This document shows, piece by piece, positions 12,571 through 26,852 of a stretch of 64,000 nucleotides of DNA (positions are counted from its first letter, which is position 1; each line of letters opens with the position of its first letter). The notes under the pieces were generated by a model. That model was not told where the DNA came from and searched no databases. It saw only the letters and a list, made by a program, of their open reading frames with translations. Both the position numbers and the translations under genes were made by a program. The DNA lies in NCBI RefSeq assembly GCF_009914755.1, contig NC_060947.1; one strand, given 5' to 3'. Source of the DNA: the human T2T-CHM13v2.0 reference genome, Homo sapiens.

Positions 12571-14910
12571 AGAGGATCGAGCAAGATGGCCAACTAGACG
12601 CAGTCAGGTGGAACATTTGCTATGAGGGACCGAGATGTCTGGTGCGTTTCCAACATATCTTTAGAAGGAAGGCGCCTATAGTGGACAAAGGGAGGATACA
12701 GAAGGTGGGCTGAAGAGGGAGAAATCCGGGAACCCTGCACAGGGCGACTGCACACCAGGACTCATTCCTGGCCCCCAATGACTATGGGGGAATGGGTGAG
12801 TTGAACTGGCAAGGGGCAACTCACTCTTGCCACTGGCCTCTGGAATCCCAGCTGAGGGAAACCCTTCTACTACCAGGGACAGTTGAGTTTGCAAGGAGAG
12901 CTGCTTAGAGAAGTGGTAGGGGTAGAAAGCCAGCTGATGAGGAACCCAAATGGTTTGGTTCAGGAGTATCTGTAGTGGAGTATAGCCAGGGATGGCCATT
13001 CTCTTAGCCTTGACTTGCTGCCATAGGAGATTTAGCCCTAGGGAACCTTTTGGACCTGAACTCTACAGGGTTGTCTTGCTCATCAGAAGGGGCTGATTTT
13101 ATATGAGCAAACCTTGGTCTACTTGTCTCTCCCAGGGCCCAAGCCTGGCAGCACCTGCTTGCAGGGCAGTCTCAAGTGCCCTGGGAGCCTGCATCATGGC
13201 TTCTGGACTGGTGAACCATGCTTGACTGGTAGAGATCTCCAGTGGGGTGGCCCTCAGGGCCACACACCAGCCCACTCCTTCCCTTCTCCCCCAGGCCCAT
13301 GGCAACCCCTACATTTCTTTGCCACTGCTGTGTCAGGTGTGCAGTTTATTCTGCCTCCCCCTGCCAACTACCATTGCAGTCAGAGCTTTGGCGAGAACAG
13401 AGCCAGCCAACCCCACATCCAACAGCACCCCACACTTGCACCAAAACTGCTGCAGGAGTGAAACTAGGAACAGAGAACAGTGGACCCTTACCCACCCTGA
13501 GTGACCACCCCTGCCTGCAGCACACAGAGAACACACAAAGACCTGCACCCACCAATTCCCCACCCCCTTTGTCAGCACCACCACCAGTGTGACCATAAGC
13601 ACAGTCTCCAGCAGGGCCCCTATCCCTGCCTCCTTGAGCCCGCTTACCTCTACCACTGCAGTGAATGCCTGCATGGAGGCAGACAGGCAGGCACCTGATA
13701 GCACCCTGTGGCAACTGAGGAATGTGGGACCTGCTGTGTTGTTGCTGCTGCTGGCATGAGTGAACGAAGATGGAAACTGTTGTCATCTCAGTACAAAATG
13801 TTTTTCCAGACACTACTCACTGATCTGTAGTGACCAGCGGTTCGGGAGCACCTTGGCCCTCAAAGTGGAGTGGATTCTTAACCTTGAGGAGACAGAGAAT
13901 GAAGTCAGGGCCCAATACAAGCCCCTCAGAGCTACAGCAGGCAGTCCAGAAATTGAGAGCTGAGCATTGACCCCCTAAGAAATGAAGCCAGTTGGCTGAA
14001 TCCACGTTATACCACAACCAAACCCTCAAAGTCATCAAATAGAATAAAAGAAAGAAAAACCGCCCAAAGGTCAGCAACTTCAAAGATTGAAGTGGCATAC
14101 GTCCACAAAGATGACAAAAAACTAGTGCCAGAAACCTGATGACTCAAAAAGCCAGAGTGCCTTCTTTACTCCAAATGACCACACCACCTCTCCAGCAAGG
14201 GTTCTAAACCTGGCTGAGATGGCTGAAATGACAGAAATATAATTCATAATATGGAAAGCAATAAAGATCATTGAGATGCAGAAGTATGTTGAAACTCAAC
14301 CCAAGGAAGCTAAGAATCACAATAAAATGATGCAGGAGCTGACAGACAAAATAGCCAGTATAGAAAAGAATGTAACCAACCTGACAGAGCTGAAAAACAC
14401 ACTACAAGAATTTTATAATGCAATCACAAGTATGAATAGCTGAGTAGACCAAGCAGAAGAATCTCAGACCTTGAAGACTGGCTTTCTGAAATAAGATGGT
14501 CAGACAAGAGTAGAGAAAAAAGAATAAAAAGGAATAAACAAAACCTCAGAGAAATATGTGATTATGTAAAGAGATCAAATCTGCAACTCCTTGGTGTCTC
14601 TGAAAGAGATGGGGAGAGTGTAAGCAACTTGGAAAAAATGTTTCAGGATATCATCCAGGAGAACTTCCCCAACCTAGCTGGAGAGGCCAACATTCACATT
14701 CAGGAACCCACACAAAATACTTCACAGAAAGATTATCCCCAAAACACATAGTCATCAGATTTTCCAAGGTCAAAATGAAAGATAAAATATTAAATGCAGC
14801 TAGACAAAAAGGCCAGGTCACCTACAGAGGGACAGCTATCAGACTAACAGCAGACCTGTCAGTGGAAACCCTTCAAGCCAGAAGACATTGGGGGTCAACA
14901 TTCAACATTC
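12571..14910 (+). mobile_element. L1PA13-16 (L1P4-type) 5'UTR and ORF1, nested in the L1MA
   Basis: New L1 start GAGCAAGATGGCCAACTAGACGCAG; GC-rich 5'UTR; ORF1 remnant from about 14111, including MKDKILNAARQKGQVTYRGTAIRLTADLSVETLQARR. Confidence 0.85.
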
Positions 14911-17003
14911 TTTTTTTTTTAAACTTTTATTTTAAGTTCAGGGGTACTTGTGCAAGTTTGTTACATAGGTTAACGTGAGTCATGGGGTTTTGTTGTGCAG
15001 ATTATCTCATCACCCTGGTATTAAGCCTATTACCCATTAGTTATTTTTCCTGATCTTCTCCCCCTTCTCAATCTCCACCCTCTAATAAGCCCCAGTGTGT
15101 GTTGTTCCTCTTTATGTGTTCATGTGTTCTCATCATTTAGCTCCTACTTATAAGTGAGAACATGCGGTATTTGGTTTTCTGTTCCTGTGTTAGTTTGCTA
15201 ATGATGATAGCCCCCAGCCCCATCCATGTCCCTACAAAGGACATAATCTCATTTTTTCTGGCTGCATAGTATTCCATGATGTATATGTACCACATTTTCT
15301 TTATCCAGTCTATTATTGATGGGCATTTAGGTTTACTCCATGTCTTTGCTATTGTGAATATGCATGCGTGTATCTTTATAGTAGAATGATTTAAATTCTT
15401 TTGGTTATATACCCAGTAATGAGATTGCTGGGTTGAATAGTATTTTTGACTTTAGGTCTTTGAGGAATTGCAACACTGTCTTCCACAACAGTTGAACTAA
15501 TTTACCCTCCTGCCAACAGTGTATTAGCCTTCCTTTTTCTCTACAACCTCTTCAGCATTTGTTATTTTTTGTAGAATAGTTTGAAGTTGGGTAGCGTAAT
15601 GCATCCAACTTTGTTCTTTTTGTGTAGGATTGTCTTGGCTATTTAAGCTCTTTTTTGGTTCCACATGATTTTAAAATAGCTCTTTTTTGGTTCCATATGA
15701 ATTTTAAAATAGTTTTTTTCCTAGTTCTGTGAAGAATGTCAGCGATTGATCAATGGGAGTAGCACTGAATCTGTAAATTACTTTGGACAGTATGGACATT
15801 TTCACAATATTGATTCTTTCTATCCATGAGCATGGAATGTTTTTCCATTTGTTTGTGTCATCTCTGATTTCTTTGAGTTGTGATTTGTAGTTCTCTTTGT
15901 AAAGGTTTCTCACCTTGCTATTTAGTTGTATTCCTAGGTATTTTATTCTTTTTGTGGCAATTGTGAATAGGAGTTGTTTTGTGATTTGGCCTTGACTTGA
16001 CCGTTGTTGGTGTATAGGAATGCTAGTGAATTTTACATGTTGATTTTGTATCCTGAGACATTGCTGAAGTTGCTTATCAGCTTAAGAAGCTTTTGGGCTG
16101 AGATGATGGGGCTTTCTAGATATAGGATCATGTCATTTGCAAACAGGGATAGTTTGACATCCTCTCTTCCCATTTGAATGTCTATTTGAGTGCCTTTCTT
16201 TCTCTCTCTTGCCTGATTACCCTGGCCAGGACTTCCAATAATATGTTGAATAGGAGTGGTGAGAGAAGGCATCCTTATCTTGTGCAAGTTTTCCAGGGAA
16301 ATTCTTCCAACTTTTGCCAATTCATTATGATGTTGGCTGTGGGTTTGACACAGATGGCTTTTTATTATTTTGAGGTATATTCCTTCAACACCTAGTTTAT
16401 TGAGAGTTTTTAACATGAAGGGATGTTGAATTTTATTGAAAGACTTTTCTGCATCTATTGAGATAATCTTATTTTTTTTGTATTTAGTTTTGTTTGTGAT
16501 GAATCACATTTATTAATTTGTGTATGTTGGACCAAACTTGCATCCTGGGGATGAAGCCTACTTTATCTTGATGGATAAGCTTTTGGTTGCGCTGCTGGAT
16601 TCAGTTTGACAGTATTTTGTTGAGAATTTTTCCATTGATGTTCATCAAGGATATTGGCCTGAAGTTTTCTTTAATTGTTTTCTCTCTGCCAGGTTTTGGT
16701 ATCCGGATGATGCTGGCCTCATAGAATAAGTTTGGGAGGAGTCCCTCCTCCTAATTTTTTTTGAATAGTTTCAGTAGGAAAGGTACAAGATCTTCCTTGT
16801 ACATATGGTATAATTCAGCTGTGAATCTGTTTGGTCCTGGGCTTTTTTTTTTGGTTGGTTTGTAGGCTATTTATTACTGCCTCAATTTTATAACTTGTAA
16901 TTGTTCTGTTCAGGCATTCGATTTTTTTTTCTGGTTCAGTCTTGGGAAGTTGTATGTGTGCAGGAATGTATCCATTTCTTCTAGATTTTCTAGTTTATGT
17001 GCA
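14911..17003 (-). mobile_element. L1PA13-like 3' portion (poly(A), 3'UTR, part of ORF2), antisense
   Basis: T-tract then TTAAGTTCAGGGGTACTTGTGCAAGTTTGTTACATAGG...; RT motifs on the minus strand ([16 protein letters not shown]); internal deletion near 15570; about 32-bp tandem duplication at 15647-15711. Confidence 0.9.
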
Positions 17004-17240
17004 GCAGGGTGACTATTGTCACTAATAATTTAATTGTGCATTTAAAAAGAACTTAAGAGTGTAATTAAATTGTAACTCAAAAGATAAAAGTTTGAGGGGA
17101 TGAATACCACATTTTTCATGATGTGCTTATTTCACTTTGCATGCCTGTATCAAAACATCTCATGCATTATCCCATAAATATATACACCTACTATGTATAC
17201 ACAAAAATCAAAAATACAAAAAAGAAAAAGAAAAAATAGT
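17004..17240 (+). mobile_element. L1MA2/3 3' terminus, probably the end of the element starting at 9722
   Basis: CAGGGTGACTATTGTCACTAATAATTTAATTG...GCATGCCTGTATCAAAACATCTCATG...A-rich tail. Confidence 0.85.
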
Positions 17241-18399
17241 ATTACTTGTTATGTTTATCCTTAACAATATGCATATTTTTGGAGGATGTTTTTATTTTGT
17301 TCTTTCCTTAGCTAGGCTTCTATGAATGTGGTATTCATTATAGGCAGTGACAGAAAACAAAGTGTAGTAAAGGCAGGTTGTTTACATGAAAAACTTGGGT
17401 TCAGCAATATGTGTACCAGAGATGAACAGAGAAAAACTATAGAAAAACTTGGAGCTGCTGTTAAAAACTGGGGCACAGAGTCAGTGTTAAAATTTGTGTT
17501 TAGGATGACCTGATATTCATTTCTTGATGAAATCACCTAGATCTCTTTATATTCTCTTGACAGAATTAATTCCAAAGCCTGGAGGAGAGGCTGCTGGTTA
17601 GAGGTTGTGTTGCTGAGCAAGAAATATAGGAGGCAGGAAGACAGGACCTTGTTAACCCACAAACTGGTGGTACTGCTTGTTCTGCTTACTGTGAACGGCA
17701 TGGTAGAATGCTGTAGTTCTCATTCTTGATATACATTAGAATCACCTCTGGTTCATTTAAAACATAACCATTCTGGAAGATATTTTTGCAGTACATATTA
17801 AAGATGAACATATACAAAAACTGCAATTTTACTCCTAGGTATAAAACAGTACTTTTCAGTATTGTTTCTTTTTTAGTATCACCTTACTCCCCATCCCCAG
17901 CATCCAGATCCTTTTTATACATGTTTTCCTTATTATGTCTACCCCTCATGAAATTTAAATACTCTAATTATAATGTAGTATATACCTCTTTATGCTGTTT
18001 CTGTATTGTAGCCTTTTGGAGGAACACGAATCATTGTAACATCTAAGATTTGTTTTTTATTTCTCAAGAACCAATTTTTATACCCCTGAGGGTTCTATTG
18101 CCCTCCTTGATAATGCATGATATAAAGCCAAGAAATGAAAGCCTCTGTGCATCAAAAGACTATGTATATGAATTTTATTAGGAGTTATATTCATATTTGT
18201 TTCTAACTGAAAATCACCCAACTCTGCAACAACTGGTGAATGTTTAAATATATTGGGGTCTATTTATACAATTAAAGTACCATGCAGCAAGAAGAAGTGG
18301 ACCACAGATTCACACAACTATGCAATTGTTTTGTAAATTTTTCCTTGTATATTATTAAAAATATATTTATGTCTATCTCATTTTTTCCCTCCCCCTAAA

Positions 18400-18720
18400 A
18401 CTAGATAGTTGAATCAGAATTTTTGGGAGTGGGGCTTGGGTAATGATAATTTTCAAAAACTCAGATGATATTAATGTGCACATTAAATGTGAGAGACACC
18501 ACATAACATGGTGGAAGGAACACGGGTTTTAGAATAAGCATTGTGGGTTCAGATGATGTCTCTGCTACTTACTAATTTTGTGTCTCTGAGACAGTTTTCT
18601 CATAGGTAAAAATGTGATAAGGATACTACTTTACTTCATTGGACTGTTGGGCGGATTAAATTGCCCGTCAAAGTAGAAGCCCAGAATACAGGTAGTGCTC
18701 TGTAAATGCTAGTTTTCAAC
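18400..18720. mobile_element. MER5-like fragment followed by a MIR
   Basis: GAATCAGAATTTTTGGGAGTGGGGCTTGGG...ATGTGCAC; then TGGGTTCAGATG..TCTGCTACTTACT...TTTTCTCATAGGTAAAAATG. Confidence 0.5.
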
Positions 18721-20299
18721 CACTTTCTTTTATTCCACCACTGTAGGCAATAGGTAGAGATTAACCACAGTTGCAACGGTCATGGCACCCAGGAATCTTG
18801 TGCTAAGTTACATCTATTTTTATGCACACACAATTTACTGAATTATTAAATTTGAGTGTTGTGCTGCAGTCTGTCTCCTAACAAATATTGTATATGGATT
18901 ATCTTCATTAGTGATTCCCATTGTGGGACAGTGTTTTTCCTACCCCCTTCCATCTCTACTCATTCTGTATATCTTTGCCATCCTGTTTTCTAACTTCCTT
19001 TTCATGATCAATGCTGGGGAGGACAGGTATCAAGTACTTAAAATTGTCACATGTAGGTCGTAAATATTCAATAGTAGCTTTTCTTCTCTTGCTCTCTCAA
19101 GTTATATTAGCTGGTGCTGATAGAAGTCTATCTCTGACTCTCTTCGTTTTCTCTAACTTCTTACAGTTTCCTTTGCCTTACACTGAGTCACATAGTAATC
19201 TCTTCCCTCTGGTCTCTCTCCAGACTCTCAGCACGTGGTTTTGTTTCTCAGAACATTTGGTATTATTTTAGTTCACATTAAATCATGTTTTTTTATTTAA
19301 CATCACATCCATGATCTGATAAGTTGGAACATATCTTAATATTATATTTCTACTTCTGGGAATGAGATTTTTTTCTTTCTCCTTTTCTTTCTTTTCATTT
19401 TATTTTGTTCAGATTTTAATGTTCAATGAATTGAATCTTACATTCTATACATGTTTTGTGTCTGGATTCTTTCAGTCATTATTGGGTTATCAGTTTCATC
19501 CATGTTTTTATGTGTAGCTACAGTTTGCTCATTTTTACTCATATAGCATTCCGTTGTTTAAATATATTATGACTAATTTATCCATTGTATTGTTGAGTGG
19601 CATTTTGGTTGTTTCTTGTTTTGGGGAGTTGAAGGCTGGAAAACAATTGTGATCTTTGGAATGAGTGAGTGTGTGTTTGTATGGGGGCATGTAAAAAAAG
19701 ATAAATGTAACATACAGCCACAATGGAAAGGAAGAAGGGAAAATATGTCCATGGTGGAAAAATTTTTGTTGACTTTGTGGCTATTGGCTTCATGTGGTGC
19801 TCAAGATTCAATAACTGAGTGCTGAACAATTCAGGGGAAACAAAGTTATTGAAGCAATTGAAGTTGCCTGTGTAATATTTCATCACCTCTTTCTATGTGT
19901 TACATAGAGAACTTAAAAAAAAAAAGTTAAAACTGGGAAGTAATCTAAACCTAAAGTTTGGAATATGCCTTTTCTCTGCACATATGCATTTCCATGATCC
20001 ATTCTGGTTCTGGAATACTGCACGATCTTTCAACCTCTGTTCCCATGTGTGATGAGGGGTAAAGAGTCTGGTTTAAACCTGAGGCCTTAGACTCCATGGC
20101 TTCCCAGGTTTTCTTTCAGGTCTTTGTCTCACATTCAAGGTGGACAAATGCAGAAAGTTTGTTCCAAATTAGTGTGTGTATGTCAATGACTAAGGCAGTG
20201 TTAGAAATCTTTGTGTAAAACTGAAGATTGGGAATAGCTGTGTCTATTAGGTAAGTAGTCCCAGTCAAATTTTTTTTTTCTAAAAGAATTCCAGAAGCT

Positions 20300-21430
20300 A
20301 TAATAGGAAAGGTAGTAATGTTAGAGTTGAGAAAATATAAAATTATTGCTTGGGAAAAGATATTAGGAACAAAATTAGAGGGCTTATATTAAATAGGAAA
20401 AATGTTGCAATGTTTATAAAAAATTATTAATAGCTCTAATTTACTATACATTTTAAAAATGATAATAAGAAAGTACAATAAATAAAAGAAAAAATGATAT
20501 GAATAAGCAAATAATGAAGTAGGAAATCTAAATAGTCAACAAATCAATGCAAAGATGCTAAGATACTTTAGTTGTCCAGGAAATGCAAAGTGAAGTAAAA
20601 TAATACTTCTAATCTTACACTTTCAAAAATAATAAAATTAAGTTAACTTTTACTGCTATCAGAGATAGACAGATGTGGATTTATACATTGCTGGTGGAAA
20701 TATTATTTTCTAAACTCTCTAGTATAACAATTTGATTAAAATAATGCAATTTAACTTGTTAAATATACTTCTGGAAATGCATCAAATAGAAAAAATTTGA
20801 GTAACAAATAGTAGATTAAAAAGCATGCCAATGATTTTATAGTTTGTAATGACAAAATATTGGAAACATCCTTAATTCCCTTTAGCAGGAGAATTATTGA
20901 AAAAAATATGGCACATTCATATGTATGAGATATAAAGCTGTTATAAAAACAGCAATCTAAATTTATAGCAGTTTACTTAGACATATTTCCAAGAGGAAGT
21001 CATGAGAGTATTAAAAATAGAGAATAGAATATAACATGATACCATATTTATAAGACATTTTGTAAACACAAACATATATGTGTGTATGTTCATTTGTCTA
21101 TGATAATGTGAAGCAGGAGAAATTTATGAAAGAATGACCAGTAGTTCACTAAATTTTTTTCCTTGTGTTGGTGGTAGTGGTTAGGAATGGAGAAAACAGG
21201 ATATATTTTCACCAGTCCACCTCTAAAAACATAAAAAAAGGAAAGTTGTCCCAAGCGAAGATGTGATGTATAACATAGTTTGATTTGCATAAAAATTGTA
21301 TATGTATTTTCACATATACATAAATTCATTTAAATGATTAGTATAATAATAACACTGGTATTCCATGTAAAACTTCTGGTGATTTTCATTTTTTATATTC
21401 TAATTTCCATTTAAATTTTATAATGATACT
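20300..21430 (+). mobile_element. Ancient L1 (L1ME/MC-like) 3' fragment
   Basis: Degenerate L1 3' motifs (ACATTGCTGGTGGAAA; AAAATATTGGAAAC; ATGGCACATTCATA). Boundaries approximate. Confidence 0.5.
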
Positions 21431-23708
21431 GGATTATACATAGAAACAAGCAACTCTAGCTATTTTAATTGTTTTCAACAATTAAAGCACCATACCTAAA
21501 GAGACCAGTATCCAAATGTGACTTTTGAAGAGAGAGAACTATATTATTTTAATTTCTGGTTCTCTTAGTGAGACTAAATATTCTAGGATAGCTTTGATTT
21601 AATAAACAGGGATAAATATTCTTGATATTGGGATTATCTTTCTGTAAAGATGAAGAGTTATGAAAAATTTCTTCAAGATAAAACATTTGTCACAAATGGG
21701 GTTTCTGTTCATTTCCAGATACAGAGATAATATAATCTTGGACTTGAAATTTTCTTAAAGATCACCTAATTTAATCTCTCTATGTGCTGTATGGAATCCC
21801 ACTATAATATTCCTGAGAAGTAGTTACTGAGTTTCTGCTGATCTACCTTCAGTGATAAGTAGTTCACTACTTCTTAACAGTGGCCTTTATCATTTTTTGT
21901 ATGGCTTTGACTACTGGAAGTGACTTGATAGTTTCTGGGGGCCTTCCAACTCTTGGGTTCTATTATTATGATGGTTTTATTATACTCCGGGGTAATGCTA
22001 CTTAAAACATGGCCCTTGGACCTGCATCTGGATCATCTGGGAATGTCTGTAACAGATGCAGATCCCTAAGCCTCCCCCAAGATATGCAAGACTACAAGTC
22101 ATTAGTGCCCCTCTCTATATTTCTATAGGGCACAGTTAATGACATCATCTATTCTTCAGATTGGACTTGATTTTTGCTGTTCAATTTAACCTGGATGTGC
22201 ATGGAGGTGGAGTGCTGAGGACAGAGTAGAATTTACTCCAGACTCATAGCCCCTAAGATGACCATTTCAATTTCTTTTTATTTTTCTGGGAGCATTATAT
22301 CCTCCCTTACATTTGGTGGCTGAGTTCAGAGCCCAGCCCCACTTTTCTTTGCTCTGGCTCCACCTTTCTCAGAAAGGGTTCTAGCCTCTTTCCCAGGATA
22401 TTAGGAAGGCGGCACATGTTCTTAGTGCTTCTCTAGAAGTGCTTGTATTAATAATTGTCTAGAGAGAAATATCTCTCTTGACTAATGCTTTATGCAATTC
22501 TTCAAGCTTTGGTTGTTAGCACCACAGAAATGAACTCAGGGTTAAATTATACACCATTTTCTTGGGATCCATTCAAATGTATCCTCCTCCAGATTGATTC
22601 TGTATGATGTGACTGAGTCTTGGAAGCCAACATTTATTAAGAGTGGCTAAATTACTTTTTCATTGTTATTAAATAATTTAAATTTGCTCACCCAGTCAAG
22701 AATCTTATCATGAAAAAAATGAGAGGGAGAGTATTTTATTTTCTTAGTGATTCTTGAAATAAATAGATAACTCATAAAATATTTGACACACTCAACTGAA
22801 GTTGGTCATCAGCACTCAGGAAATAGCTTGTTGAATCTCAGTCCTCATGCCAAACATGCCAGGTAAAGGCAATAATAAGTAATCTCTCAGCAGCAGCAGA
22901 TAGAATGGAGACCATGGCTGTGGGGATGTCCTTCTATTCATTTTAATTTGCCAGTCAGAAAGGCAACAAGGTACTGATGAAGTCCTGAACAAGATCCAGT
23001 GGTGTTGGTTGATGTAGAACAGCTTAGGAGTATCCCTATCCTATACCTTTCCTCTATTGACACAGTTCAGCCAATGCACAGACACAGTTCCAGGAATTGG
23101 AACTTTGAAAAGCACATACTTCTGCTTAGGTAGACCTGGGGGCCAGATGACTTAGGAAGCTATGTTAGTTATTTATGCCTGAAGAGGAGATGTAATTTTT
23201 ATTAGATGAAGAAACAGAAAATGGGAGAGTTTCAGAACTCATTTTTTTTTTTTTGATTTAGATTTAAACTTATCACATCAAATTGTTAAAACAGGAACTA
23301 ATTCTGATAATTTCCTTAGTATTAAGATTTAAACCCTTTTGCTTGATCCAGTCACAGAAAATGTCATTAGCAAGCTTGGTGATTTGGTTGTAGCCTAGCC
23401 TAAATTTAACATGAAAAGCATTGGGCTTTCATAGGTTGCATGGAGTTATCTAGATCTAAAGACTTTTAGGAATATTTGAGAAAATATTTACAAATACTTA
23501 TAATACATTTTCCCCTATAACTTCAGTGTAATTGATTGGCTTTGTGAAGAAACTGGTGATATTTGAGAATTCTGAAGACTCATGGGGATATATAATATCT
23601 GAGAAGAGATTAAAAAGTTTTGGAAGAAAAGAGATATGAAAATGCAAAAAAGAAAAATTTCATGATCACTAGAGTAATTAATTTGATGCGTTTAAAAAGA
23701 CCAAAATA

Positions 23709-23828
23709 GGCCGGGTGTGGTGACTTATGTCTGTAATCCTAGCACTTTGGGAGGCCAAGACGAGTGCTTAAGGCCAGGAGTTCAAGACTAGCCAGGGCAA
23801 TAGAGTGATACCCTGTTACAAAAAATAT
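23709..23828 (+). mobile_element. Alu monomer (FLAM_C-like)
   Basis: GGCCGGGTGTGGTGACTTATGTCTGTAATCCTAGCACTTTGGGAGG; single arm plus A tail; TSD AAAAGACCAAAATA (23695-23708) / AAAAGACCAAAGTA (23829-23842). Confidence 0.88.
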
Positions 23829-24199
23829 AAAAGACCAAAGTATATTTATATTAATAAAGATAAGAGGAAATTTTTGCTAAGATGCAACTCTTGAAACCTT
23901 GAGGCATTAAATAATCCAGAGTAAAAGTACATCAACACAATGTGGTCTAACCAAAGATTGTGAAAGGAAGTCAGGTGGAACATACTAGTGTTAAAACATA
24001 CTGGCAAAAGTGTTTATGTGATGTATGGAAAGAGTAGATATTACTATTTTGGCAACAGGATATCTACATTTTTTTTAAACTGAGAGCAACACCTTCTGAA
24101 CATCACTTGTGTAACACTTAGGAGCACATAAATAAGTGAAGGAAGGAGACTGGCCATATCCAAGACAATGCAGAAATGCTAAGCTAGAACATCTGAAGG

Positions 24200-24380
24200 A
24201 CATTTCTTTGTGTTGAGAGTATTAAAAATCCACTTTTCTAGATATTTCAAAGTCTACAATACATTTAGTTGTTTATTATAGTCACCCTATAGTGCTATAG
24301 AGCACTAGAATGTATTTGTCCTATCTAGCTGTACTTTTCTATCTGTTAACCACCCTCTAGTTACCCTGTCCTCCACCTCT
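24200..24380 (-). mobile_element. L1MA-family 3'UTR fragment
   Basis: CATTTCTTTGTGTTGAGAG...TATAGTCACCCTATAGTGCTATAGAGCACTAGAA...CCTATCTAGCTG. Confidence 0.7.
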
Positions 24381-26307
24381 TCCCTTAGACTACATTTTTG
24401 TCAGTGTGCAACCTGTAGCTTGTGCCTGCTGTGGGCCTGTGAGGCTCACCTGTGTTGCAAGGAATAGCTTAGATGGATGGTCTAGGGCCCCTTTATTACA
24501 AGTATTAATGGCTGCATAATAGTGGCAAGTTTCCCTCCCTAAACACACACCACATTCTCATATGGGGAAGGTGGTAAGAGATATAGCATAATTGGGCAGG
24601 GCATGTCAGCGTTGGAATAGGCAGGAAGGCAGCAGAGTGCACCTCCAGACCCATCCATTGAAAAGGAAAGGAGAAGTCTGAATCAGGCTATTCATTGGCA
24701 AGAAGGTGTTGATTTTGGAGGTGGGGTATGGTGGGAGTGTGTAGCAAAAGGAGCAGAATCACAACTATTAAAATTTGTTCCAGGCACAAAAGGAAGCTTT
24801 GAGTGAGGTTAGAAGCAAATTTAATGTGCAAAGCTTATGATTTAACAATTATTTTGCTCTTCTGGGAAACTCTTCTCACCTTGCTAAAGGAGCCCAGTTG
24901 GCTGATTTTACTAAAGTAGCAGTTGTAAACAGCAGCAAGTATGGGCAAGATGAGGCAAGGCAGGCAGAGCTGTGGTAGAAGACAGAGTCCCAGAGACATC
25001 GTGGCTGGGGCAGTTTGTATAGACATACTTTTTAAGATGGTAGAGACTTGACAAATGAAAGAGAAACCCTTGGTGAAACAATGGAGTCTAGTTATCCTAC
25101 AAGGACTCACCAGCATCTATTAAGGCAGCCCTTCAATTATGCAAATTATAGTCTAACTTATTCATGATAAAGCAGCACAAAGGTGACTAGAGGTATGAAT
25201 TCTTATAAATCCTCAATTACCTCCCCTAGGCACATACATGAAATAAAGCCTCTAATTAAAACATAAGAGTTAGGTTAGCATGAAAAAGAAATTACAGCAA
25301 CTTGGATTTTTATCTCTCCTATTCCCTAATTCACTTTTCATTAATTTGTTTTTTTCATTATTTGATTTATCAAATATTAATTAAGCATCTGCTATGTACT
25401 AAAAATGTATTAGGCATTAGGAATACAGAAAGAAATGTCGTTCAATCAAGTTTGCCTTTTGGAACTTTGCCCTGATAGAAGAGTCATACAGATACATTAA
25501 TATTCATAAGTTAGTGTGATTGGCATTATGATAAAGATATGTGCAGAATACTGGGGGTACAGAAAAGGGAGAGTCAGGGAAAACTTCCTGGAAGAGTTCA
25601 TGTTTAAGTTAAGTCTTAAAGGTTAAGAGCTAAGCAGATAAGGAAATGAAAAAAGATTAAAAATGTGGAATAATTCCAGGTAGAAGCAGCAGCATGAATA
25701 AAAGTACAGAATGAAACAGTGTGACACATTCAGGAAAATGCAAGCAGTTCAGTATGTAGGGCATATAGAAGGCAAATAGTGGAGAAGCAGGAAATGAGGC
25801 TGACAATATTGTTAAGGACCTGTATGCTAAATTTGTCTTTTACTTCTATTGTGAAATCAATAGATAGCCATAGAAGAGAAGTGATATGGTCAGATTCACA
25901 CTTCAGAAATTTTAAGTGGGATCTCTGTGGGAGAATAGATTGCCCAGGGTCAAACTACAATATGATCTCGTGAAGTGATCTTGTTTATTTTATTGAAAGG
26001 TAATGTCTTCAATCTTTCTTTTTTGTACTTCTTACATTTAAGATCTGGAATTATAGGACTTGGCTGAGGAAGAGGGAGATGAACCTCAGAATGTCTCATA
26101 AATCTCTGGCTTGAGAGTCAGGGTAGATGTTGATGTTATTAATGAAGAGGGAAATCATAGAATTGGGAGGGTGAATTCAGTCTGAGATGTGTGGAATTCA
26201 CATTGTCTTTAGGTTATCCAAATAGACACATCCTGTACACACTTTGACATGAGGGTTTTAAGCTTGAGAGAGAGGCCTGGATTGGAGACTGCAGTTTATA
26301 GGTAATG

Positions 26308-26673
26308 CAGATGCTCCCTGACTTATGATGGGGCTATATCTAAATCAATGCATCATAAGTTGAAAATATCATAAGTCAAAAACACATTTAATACTTCTAA
26401 CCTACCAAATATCATAGCTTAGCTTAGCCTACTTGAAATGTGCTCAGAACACTTAGATTAGCCTACAGTTGGGCAAAATCATCTAACATAAAGCCTATTT
26501 TCTAATGAAGTGTTGAGTATCTCATGTAATGTATTGAATATTGTACTGGAAGTGAAAAACAGAATGGTTGTATGGGTACTCAAAGTATGGTTTCAACTGC
26601 ATGTGTATCACTTTGGCACCATTGTAAAGTTGAAAAATCCTAAGTTGAACCATTGTAAGTCGAGGACTGTCTG
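26308..26673 (+). mobile_element. MER47A (Tigger-derived non-autonomous DNA transposon), complete
   Basis: CAGATGCTCCCTGACTTATGATGG...CATAGCTTAGCTTAGCCTAC...CCATTGTAAGTCGAGGACTGTCTG; terminal inverted repeats; TA on the right flank. Confidence 0.9.
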
Positions 26674-26852
26674 TAGTTGAAGTTTTATGTAAGTGCATGG
26701 GATCACAAGGAAGAGTGTATAATATGAGAAGAGCATAGAGCTGAGTTTGGAGTCCTGGGTAATAATAACATTTAGTTGGTAGGCAAAAGCAATGTTTTGA
26801 AAAGCAGCTTAAAAGCAATGTTTTCAAAAGTGGCTTAAAAGACACAGCCATA

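Noticed and set aside
13099-14098. Cluster of overlapping ORFs in GC-rich sequence resembling a gene or CpG island
   Set aside because: It is the 5'UTR of the L1P4-type element; stop codons are simply rare in GC-rich DNA.
15647-15711. About 32-bp tandem duplication in the antisense L1
   Set aside because: Ordinary local slippage within a dead element.
12571-17003. Sense plus antisense L1PA pieces as one twin-primed insertion
   Set aside because: The poly(A) end sits at the inner junction, the opposite of twin-priming geometry; a second antisense insertion fits better.
17322-25116. Scattered 60-100 aa ORFs in the unique and ancient-repeat interval
   Set aside because: No recognisable protein similarity or consistent exon structure; expected by chance.
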